From the NCBI RefSeq assembly GCF_000018105.1, contig NC_009925.1, forward strand, positions 3,630,001-3,662,000: a stretch of DNA of 32,000 nucleotides. The letters are read 5' to 3'. The translations under genes were made by a program, and so were the position numbers. Positions 1 through 7,042 of this stretch are shown one piece after another. Under the pieces are notes generated by a model that was not told the DNA's origin, did no database searches, and saw only the letters and a program-made list of their open reading frames with translations. The stretch comes from Acaryochloris marina MBIC11017. Its GTDB lineage: Bacteria; Cyanobacteriota; Cyanobacteriia; Thermosynechococcales; Thermosynechococcaceae. How positions within the stretch are numbered: position 1 is the stretch's first letter; each line of letters starts with the position of its first letter.

Positions 1-89
1 TCGGTGAGATGAGGCTGTAGATGCTGGGTTTCTACCGCATGATAGGTGATGCATTGATCAACGAATTGGCAATTGATGCAAATACACAT
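1..89 (-). CDS. ycf34: Ycf34-like Fe-S protein, N-terminal fragment (gene continues past the left window edge)
   Basis: Not in the ORF track because the window edge truncates it. The reverse complement of 1..89 reads MCICINCQFVDQCITYHAVETQHLQPHLT. This matches the Cys-rich CICxNC...C N-terminus I recall for cyanobacterial/plastid Ycf34. A GAGGG Shine-Dalgarno (98..102) lies 8 nt upstream of the ATG (87..89). Confidence 0.7.
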   Translation of the reverse strand, partial: MCICINCQFVDQCITYHAVETQHLQPHLT

Positions 90-160
90 GGTTCACGCCC
101 TCATCGAATTGGCTAGAGGTCCGTCGTCCCAGGATAACCGTCTAGCCCCTTACCGACACT

Positions 161-1435
161 TTAACGGATTTGCGATGGGGGATGCCAGGTTTGTATCACC
201 CGACCTGTCAGGGACTGTCCATACCAGGGGGTATTCTGACTCAGGGATTTTAAGGTGTGGGCGTCAGCGGACCAGGACTGTTGAGGATCAAAGAGCACCA
301 TTTCTGCGGGCTGACCCACTTCCACTCTAGGAGGTGCTTGTCCTAAACAGTGGCTAGGAGCAGTACTGAGCCGTTGCCATAGGGTGAGGGGTGACCAGCG
401 CTTGCTGGCGACCAAGGACTGCCACAGTAAGGATAATGCCAGCTCTAAACCAATTGCGCCCGGAGGAGCCGCACTAAAGGCAACGGTTTTTTCTTCATAA
501 GTATAGGCATGGTGATCAATTGCGATCGCATCGATGATGCCCGTTTCTAATCCCTGTATCAAAGCCTGTTGATCTTGGAGATTGCCAACAGGAGGATCTA
601 ATCGCCAGTTGACATCATAGGTACTGAGAGACTGGCTATTGCCTAACACATGCATCCAGGTGGTACTGGCTGTGATCGGTAGTCCACGAGCCTTGGCAGC
701 TTGAATTAGTTCGACACTTCGAGCCGTAGACACCCTCATAATATGGACAGGCACCTGAGTTGCAGAGATGATTTCTAACAGGGCAGCCAGGACCGATGTC
801 TCAGCCATGGTGGGGGACTCTGATAGCCCTAATCGCAGGGCATCGAGGCCTTCGCGGATAACGCCACAACCCGCTAAGGCAGGATCGCAAGGCCAAAGGG
901 CGATAGGGTAAGACTCTGCCGCTAGATATTCACAGAGTCGCCGCAGCAAGATGGCGTTCTGAAGCGATCGGCCATCACTAAACCCGACCACCCCAGCCTG
1001 AATCAAATCTGCATATTCAACGAGCTGTTTGCCTTCTAGGTTTTGGGTCATGGCCCCCCAAGCTTGGACTTGCAGGGGTAACCCGGGGGGAAGCTGAGCT
1101 TGGATCCGGGCTAAACCATCGCCATTATCCAGTGGCGGATGGGTATCGGGGAGAAGGGTGAGGCGCGTGAAACCGCCTGCGATCGCAGATGCAGTCAAAG
1201 ACGCCAAGGTCTCCCGCGTTTCAAACCCTGGATCATCGGAATGGCTATAGAGATCGACCAGCCCCGGCCCCAAAATCAGCCCTGAGCAATCTCGTTCTTG
1301 ACTGCCTGAAACCGTGCTGACACCCGGCTCTGAAATCTCTATGATTTTGCCATTGTCAATCAGGACATCAGCCACCCGATCAACTTGTGACGGTGGATCT
1401 AACACGCGCACTTGTTTGAGCTGTTCTTGTGTCAT
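161..1435 (-). CDS. Dihydroorotase-like amidohydrolase (type I DHOase family, metal motif degenerate)
   Basis: 424-aa ORF with a DHOase-like layout: N-terminal 'VLIDNGKI', then GLVDLYSHSDDPG where DHOases have DxHxHxRxPG, and a late 'AIDHHAYTYEEK' where DHOases have DHAPH..EK. ATG start at 1435. Confidence 0.75.
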   Translation of the reverse strand: MTQEQLKQVRVLDPPSQVDRVADVLIDNGKIIEISEPGVSTVSGSQERDCSGLILGPGLVDLYSHSDDPGFETRETLASLTASAIAGGFTRLTLLPDTHPPLDNGDGLARIQAQLPPGLPLQVQAWGAMTQNLEGKQLVEYADLIQAGVVGFSDGRSLQNAILLRRLCEYLAAESYPIALWPCDPALAGCGVIREGLDALRLGLSESPTMAETSVLAALLEIISATQVPVHIMRVSTARSVELIQAAKARGLPITASTTWMHVLGNSQSLSTYDVNWRLDPPVGNLQDQQALIQGLETGIIDAIAIDHHAYTYEEKTVAFSAAPPGAIGLELALSLLWQSLVASKRWSPLTLWQRLSTAPSHCLGQAPPRVEVGQPAEMVLFDPQQSWSADAHTLKSLSQNTPWYGQSLTGRVIQTWHPPSQIR

Positions 1436-1485
1436 ACCCGATCCGTCGTGGGTTCTCCTAGATCAAGACTAAAGATGGATGCCGG

Positions 1486-2811
1486 TTATAGCGCCCCTGC
1501 TGCTGTTTGGTCTAAGACGCCGCCTGCTAAATGGGTGGTGATATTCATCGCCTGCAAAATGGGGTGACCGTCCGTATCATAATCGATGACGCTGACGGCG
1601 CCATTGCCCTGTTTGAAGCACCAAAAGTGTTCCGGCCCTAACCCGGCAACATGACAGAGCACCACTTTGTTAATGGCATCATGGGCTACCACTAATCCCG
1701 TCTGTTCTGTTTTGCCGGTGGCTAAGGCTTGGGCCACAATATCATCCCAAGCAGCAATGGCTCGATCCCAAACCTGTTGCAAATTTTCACCTTCCGGCAT
1801 TTGCACGGTTTCTGGGGCCGTACGCCACCGATCAAGCTCACCGGGATAGCGGTCTTCAATTTCAGATTCTAAACAGCCTTCCCAGGTCCCATGGCTAATT
1901 TCCCAGAGGGGTTCTGAAAGATCGAGCTGCACCTGAGGGTGATTCTGGAGAATTAGTTCTGCGGTTTCTTTGGGGCGAGCCAGAGAGCTGCTGATGGCAA
2001 AGTCAATGGGAATTGTTTTGAGGAACTCGGCGGCCTGTTGACCTTGACCACGGCCATTGTCATTCAAGGGCACATCGATTTGTCCCTGAAACTGACCACG
2101 ACGATTCCATTCCGTTTCGCCATGGCGCACGAGAATAAGGCGTAATCCCCGATAATGCCGCCATAATTTGGGTAATGGCAATCCGAGATGATCCGTTAAG
2201 TTCAGGGCTTCAAGCTGCGGCTTTTGATTGAAGCCATCGGGAAAATTGAGAACGCTAATATTGCAGTTGGCTTGTTGGAGCCGTTGATAGCGATCGGGCG
2301 TTAATCCAAGGGCGGTGCTGAGCAAAGCCCGGTTAATGCCGCTATGGCCTACTAATAAGATGGTTTGCCCTTCATGTTGAGGCAGCAGTTTTTGCCATAG
2401 GGCTTTGGCCTGGTCGTAGAGCGCCGGGACAGGATAAAAGGATTGGGAACCGTCCGGGCCAGATAGCTCCATACAGAGCTTCTCTGGAGCAGAATTCCAA
2501 CATTGATAATGTTCTGGGAAGTCGGTTTTGACCTGCTCAAAGAGCATGCCTTCCCAAAGGGGCAGGCCAATCTCAATGAGTCCCTCTTCGATCTGAATAG
2601 CTGGAGCTGCAGCCAAAGTATCGTGAATCGTGGCAGCTGTTTGTCCAGCTCGCTGCAACGGGCTGCAATAAATGGCATCAAAAGCAATTCCGTTTAAGGC
2701 CTCACCCACTCGACGGGCATCAGCTAATCCTTGTTCGGTTAAGGATGATTCATCAAGATGACCTTGGACGCGGCCTTCTACATTAAAGGTGCTTTCACCA
2801 TGCCGGACCAA
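1486..2811 (-). CDS. Tandem two-domain histidine phosphatase (phosphoglycerate mutase-like superfamily)
   Basis: 441-aa ORF with two complete RHG modules: 'VRHGESTFN...SPLQRAGQTA...LVGHSG' and 'LVRHGETEWN...SSLARPKETA...EISHGTWEG...VVAHDA'. The tracked start is TTG. The reading frame stays open upstream to 2883 and the true start may be CTG at 2829 (see findings). Confidence 0.85.
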   Translation of the reverse strand: MVRHGESTFNVEGRVQGHLDESSLTEQGLADARRVGEALNGIAFDAIYCSPLQRAGQTAATIHDTLAAAPAIQIEEGLIEIGLPLWEGMLFEQVKTDFPEHYQCWNSAPEKLCMELSGPDGSQSFYPVPALYDQAKALWQKLLPQHEGQTILLVGHSGINRALLSTALGLTPDRYQRLQQANCNISVLNFPDGFNQKPQLEALNLTDHLGLPLPKLWRHYRGLRLILVRHGETEWNRRGQFQGQIDVPLNDNGRGQGQQAAEFLKTIPIDFAISSSLARPKETAELILQNHPQVQLDLSEPLWEISHGTWEGCLESEIEDRYPGELDRWRTAPETVQMPEGENLQQVWDRAIAAWDDIVAQALATGKTEQTGLVVAHDAINKVVLCHVAGLGPEHFWCFKQGNGAVSVIDYDTDGHPILQAMNITTHLAGGVLDQTAAGAL

Positions 2812-3066
2812 TATTACGCGAGTAGCCAGGGACTTGACCTCCAGAAGGATAACGGCTGCATCAGGATGGCGCTCACTTGATATTCAGAGTGGTCTAAGCT
2901 GAGGCCAGAAAGATTTTAACCTGTGGTGAGGGTTGTTGGTTAGTGAATCCTCATTTCGAGTGCATTGATCGGCGGGAACCGATCAATGAGACAACAAAGA
3001 TTAGGATAAGAAAGCTGTCGATGGCAAAGACTCCATATCCAACGTGGCGAGGGCAAAGACTTAAAT

Positions 3067-4701
3067 ATGGCAAATGATCAAAAAATCCAGCAGCAACAGC
3101 GCTATCGCTTAGTCTTAATCATTTTGACCGCGATTGTAACCTTTCTCATTAGCGTGGAACTGATTAGCAGCTGGAGTCAGCCTAAAGCCCAAAGTCAGCT
3201 CAATCTCTATCAAAGTGATTTGTTGTTGCAAGCGTCGGAATGGCAGCCGGTCGTTGAGGATGAAGCGCCAACTCAAACCCTCTCTAATCCTCTGTTAGAA
3301 GCTGATCCTGTCGCCGCGGCTCTGAAAGCTTACCGTCAGGTCCGCAGTTCGGTGCAAACGGATTTGGAGCGTATGGAGAAAACAGCCTCATCGGATGATG
3401 CTACAGCGATGGCTCAACAGCAAAATCGCAGTCAGTTCCGGGATAATTTAGATCTCAGAATTGGCTTACTGCTGGCTCAGTCGGATCAGGTGGAAGATGC
3501 GATCGCAACCTGGTCTCCCTTGACCACTTCTCAAACTACCGTCAGTAATGACTCAGCTGCCGCCTCCAGTTTGATGGGCCTATGGAGCGATCCACCTCAA
3601 CTGCTGCCCAATGCTCAACAATCCATTCAATCTCAGCTGTCCGGCTGGTTTGAAGACCAAGCCTTAGAACGTCTATTTACCTTATCCCAGCGTCAAGACG
3701 ACCTCACGACTTTACAGATTGACCAGCAAATCACGGCCAGTAATGCATTGGTTCGGGTCGTAACGATCAACGGCCTTACCTTAGTGGGGAACGGGGTAGG
3801 GGTAATTATTTTGCTGTTTTGGCTTATCCGATCTTGGCGACAACGAACCTGGGCGTCTAGTTCGACTCCATCCCCACATCCTTTACAGGATTTTCAAACG
3901 CCACCCGCTGATGTGGACGTTGAACCGACTGCTGAGGCATCAACCATAGATGAATCGAAGGTCTACTTAGCTCAAACGAGTCTGGCTAACTCAGTCTTGT
4001 GGCCTCCTGATCTGATTTGGCAAGTGATGGTGTTATGGTTTATTGCCTTCTTTGCGGTGAGTTTGTCGATTCCTGTATTGATCTATGTCTTAGGGATTAA
4101 ACCGACTGCTTTAGGTGCTCGCCCCCAAGCCTATTTAGCCTTTTCCAACTATGCCATTCTGGTAGTGGTGGGCTTATCTATCTTGATCTGGTCTTTGAAA
4201 GGGTTTCTCTCCACTCCCTTCAAATGGTTTAGAATTCGTTGGCAGGGAAATTGGTTGGTCTGGGGAATGAGCGGTTATTTTGCAGCTCTCCCTCTCGTGA
4301 TTCTCATTGCCCTGTTGAATCAAAAAATATTAGGTGATCAAGGGGGCGGAAATCCTCTGTTAGAACTGATTATCCAAAGCCATGACCCCGTGACTGCTGG
4401 CCTCCTATTCATCATGGTGGCTGTTCTAGCGCCTGTCTTTGAAGAGATTCTATTTCGTGGGTTTTTCTTAACGTCTTTAACTCGATATCTTCCCATGTGG
4501 GGGGCAATCGGTATCAGCGGGATTGTATTTGCGATCGCCCATCTCAACTTGGCCGATATCTTGCCGCTGTCTGTCTTAGGTTGTGTTTTGGGATTTGTGT
4601 ATTCTCGTTCTCGGAATTTGCTGTCTTCGATGTTGTTGCACAGCTTGTGGAACAGTGGTTCGTTCTTGAGTTTACTGATTCTAGGGAGTAGTGCTCGTTA
4701 A
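3067..4701 (+). CDS. CPBP family intramembrane glutamic endopeptidase (CAAX protease/Abi-like) with a long N-terminal extension
   Basis: 544-aa ORF. The C-terminal multi-TM region carries the CPBP motifs 'FEEILFRGF', 'FAIAHL' and 'HSLWN'. The N-terminal ~250 aa follow a single TM helix, are Q/S-rich and match nothing I recognise. Confidence 0.8.
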   Translation: MANDQKIQQQQRYRLVLIILTAIVTFLISVELISSWSQPKAQSQLNLYQSDLLLQASEWQPVVEDEAPTQTLSNPLLEADPVAAALKAYRQVRSSVQTDLERMEKTASSDDATAMAQQQNRSQFRDNLDLRIGLLLAQSDQVEDAIATWSPLTTSQTTVSNDSAAASSLMGLWSDPPQLLPNAQQSIQSQLSGWFEDQALERLFTLSQRQDDLTTLQIDQQITASNALVRVVTINGLTLVGNGVGVIILLFWLIRSWRQRTWASSSTPSPHPLQDFQTPPADVDVEPTAEASTIDESKVYLAQTSLANSVLWPPDLIWQVMVLWFIAFFAVSLSIPVLIYVLGIKPTALGARPQAYLAFSNYAILVVVGLSILIWSLKGFLSTPFKWFRIRWQGNWLVWGMSGYFAALPLVILIALLNQKILGDQGGGNPLLELIIQSHDPVTAGLLFIMVAVLAPVFEEILFRGFFLTSLTRYLPMWGAIGISGIVFAIAHLNLADILPLSVLGCVLGFVYSRSRNLLSSMLLHSLWNSGSFLSLLILGSSAR

Positions 4702-4738
4702 AGATATGTGATGGTCCATTGAGTAGTGCTTATATCGA

Positions 4739-5053
4739 TTAGCAATACTGAGTAACATCTTCACCACATTCGTCTGCTAAAAAAACTAAAGCTTTAAACC
4801 GTAGTTCCACAAACTCATCGTAGGCTGGGTTGAGCTTACACATCGGCGGAATATGAAATAATTCATGCCCGAAAAATACGATATCTCGCTCAAAAGGACA
4901 TTGCGCAGGAATCAGTTGACAAATTCGATGGGCAACTCGGGGGTTTTCAAGATCAAGGGTCGAGAAATACCAGCGAACGATTTTCTTACAGATCGCTTTA
5001 ATGGGATTAATGGGTGAAGGGCTAGGTGGGACATTCAGAGCGGTGGATTGCAT
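4739..5053 (-). CDS. Mo-dependent nitrogenase C-terminal domain family protein (Mo-nitro_C-like small protein)
   Basis: The C-terminal ~70 aa 'RICQLIPAQCPFERDIVFFGHELFHIPPMCKLNPAYDEFVELRFKALVFLADECGEDVTQYC' match the conserved pattern I recall for this cyanobacterial family. I prefer the internal ATG at 5053 (MQSTALNV...) over the tracked start at 5158, whose extension overlaps a better small ORF. Confidence 0.6.
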   Translation of the reverse strand: MQSTALNVPPSPSPINPIKAICKKIVRWYFSTLDLENPRVAHRICQLIPAQCPFERDIVFFGHELFHIPPMCKLNPAYDEFVELRFKALVFLADECGEDVTQYC

Positions 5054-5108
5054 CGTTTTATCCGATTTAAATAAGGTAGGTAAGTTTAGGAAAGTTGAAA
5101 TAAAAAGC

Positions 5109-5207
5109 TTAATAGTTGTTATTTTGGGCTTCGATAGAGAAGTAACAGCCGAAAGCACAAGCGATAACCCAGATGCTTAAAATTTGAGTAATGATAGCTT
5201 CTAACAT
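5109..5207 (-). CDS. Candidate 32-aa single-TM small protein (not in the ORF track)
   Basis: The reverse complement reads ATG..TAA = MLEAIITQILSIWVIACAFGCYFSIEAQNNNY, with one hydrophobic helix. AAGGAG lies 9 nt upstream of the ATG. The stop is 55 nt upstream of the Mo-nitro_C-like ATG on the same strand. Confidence 0.4.
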   Translation of the reverse strand: MLEAIITQILSIWVIACAFGCYFSIEAQNNNY

Positions 5208-6218
5208 CAGAACGGACTCCTTGCTCTGGGCAGTAGTAGTAGAAGATGGATGCGAACTGCTTGGGGAATTAGCGGTCTGGACTCTTTTGATACTGTTATT
5301 ATGTTCAACTTGCCCCGAAAATCCTTGAGGATAATCACGGAACTTTCAAAGAAATAAACAGTATTTTTTTGCCGTGAATTGCGTAGATGTTCGCAGAAAG
5401 CTTCAGGGTCTCCGTATATTTATGGAACCTGGGTTCTAGAGCTTCATACTTAATTACGTATAGATGGAGAAAAATAAGTAGATTACATCAAGCAATTGCG
5501 AATTATGATGCATCAGTTTTGGCTTTGTTCTATTTGATATATCGTGAGATCGATAGGATTTTATGCCAGTTCTCTATTGAATCTCTGCAGACCTTCAGAA
5601 CGAGTCAATTTGATATAGAGCTTTTTCTAGGGTTGTATTGTGTCCAACGTTGAGTTAGGTCCGAGCATAAGGCGTATTTTGTGATTGCTTAAACTGAAAT
5701 CTCTTGGCAGAAGAGGTGGGAATAGGACTTGCATGGGTTGCCTTGGTTGCATCAAGGTGCAGCTCTTTCAGAGAAGGCCATTTTTAGAAGCACCATATCT
5801 TCTAGTTCTATAGCCGCTAGCAGAAGCACATATTGGGTAAGAGTATTCGACCTAAAAATTCTGAACTCACTGGGCTATCGATAACAGACTTGCTCATGCC
5901 CTGTCCTCGGTGTAGCTAGGCATTGATAAAATGACAGCTTAAATATTAGAAAATAATTAAGAATTGAAATCAATGCCTCCCTCTCAGTAATTTTCCTAAG
6001 GCTTGAAAAATCAGGGAAACAGACCTAATCCTTGTACTCTATGGAACAAATGACGGGCCAAAGGTTGCTACTGACTAGGTTGTGATTTGGTCCGTCATAA
6101 AATGGCGGTTTGGTAAGAGTCGGAAACTGAGAGAAGATTAAATAAAGTTAAAAAACATTGGTAGTATGTAGGAAAAAGAATCAAATATTTATTTTTAATC
6201 AATAAAAAATATAGTTCG

Positions 6219-6536
6219 ATGATAAATCCATACTTTCCTGAACCAGACCTGTTCTCGGTCCGTTTAGGGCCACTACTGGGAGACTATCATTACTGGCTTA
6301 GTCGCTCTCGTTCCCTATTAGAGTTCGAAAAAATTGATTTTCTTGATACTCAACAGCAATCTGACTTACTAGGACGGGTGCACCAAACCTTGTCAGAAGT
6401 GATTGCCGCTCGCAGTTTATTTAAAGCAACATATGGACAAATTGGGATTGAGCTAAATTTGCTGGAAACCTGGCATGATCTAGTGTCTGAGTGTTGGCAG
6501 ATCATGATCCAGCTTCGTCTAGGGCAGTCAAATTGA
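6219..6536 (+). CDS. Conserved hypothetical soluble helical protein (possibly the cyanobacteria-restricted DUF2605 family)
   Basis: 105-aa ORF. The 'PEPDL...LGPLLGDYHYWLSRSRSLLE...LFKAT.GQIGIE...WH.LVSECWQ' pattern resembles a cyanobacterial family from memory. There is no obvious SD sequence. Confidence 0.6.
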   Translation: MINPYFPEPDLFSVRLGPLLGDYHYWLSRSRSLLEFEKIDFLDTQQQSDLLGRVHQTLSEVIAARSLFKATYGQIGIELNLLETWHDLVSECWQIMIQLRLGQSN

Positions 6537-6653
6537 GCAAAATGGTTTAAATTTCAAAGAAGACTAGTTCAATATAAATATAATTTCGGCTTGCATTAAA
6601 GATGTCAGGCTACGAGCAATCCCTGAAATAATCTTGGCTTGGGAGGGCTATGG

Positions 6654-6956
6654 ATGATGCTTCAGATTCTATATATGATTGCCTTTATCGTGTTAGCGGT
6701 ATTGGCGGTAGGCAACTTGATCCGTAATGTTTATTCGGTGGGCTTTCTATCCCAGCGCGATTATCACTTGCCCCTTCCTCCTCCTGCTTATCCAGAAGAT
6801 AAGCCTCAACTAGTCCCCCATCCAGAGCTTCTGGATGAAGCTGGCAACGTGATTGATGAGCCTCTGCTCGTCATGCGTTCCATGAGTGTAGAGGATGCCC
6901 GAGAGCAGTTAGATGCCCTTTACAATCAATCACCAGGCTCTAAAGAGGACGTTTAG
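6654..6956 (+). CDS. DUF2973-like small membrane protein
   Basis: N-terminal TM helix 'MMLQILYMIAFIVLAVLAVGNLIRN' followed by a Pro-rich, acidic tail. GGAGG (6642..6646) lies 7 nt upstream of the ATG at 6654, so I prefer this start to the tracked TTG at 6639. Confidence 0.6.
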   Translation: MMLQILYMIAFIVLAVLAVGNLIRNVYSVGFLSQRDYHLPLPPPAYPEDKPQLVPHPELLDEAGNVIDEPLLVMRSMSVEDAREQLDALYNQSPGSKEDV

Positions 6957-7042
6957 ACCGCTAGGCCCCATTTGCGGCTTGTCCATAATGGTGAGAGTCT
7001 GTGCTGACGAGCATCCTCTTTCGTTGTAACCCTTGATATCCA

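Noticed and set aside
73-330. 85-aa plus-strand ORF at the left edge
   Set aside because: It overlaps the 3' end of the dihydroorotase-like gene and the Ycf34 start region on the opposite strand. Its composition looks random and it has no SD sequence. It is most likely a shadow ORF.
5054-5158. 35-codon N-terminal extension of the Mo-nitro_C-like ORF in the ORF track
   Set aside because: The extension is hydrophobic and low complexity, and lacks an SD sequence. It also overlaps the better-supported 32-codon ORF (5109..5207) in another frame. The internal ATG at 5053 gives a family-typical length.
5387-5653. 88-aa ORF in the AT-rich gap
   Set aside because: It has no SD sequence and an odd composition (many Y/F/I/R from AT-rich codons), and I recognise no motif. 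I treat the region as non-coding unless expression data say otherwise.
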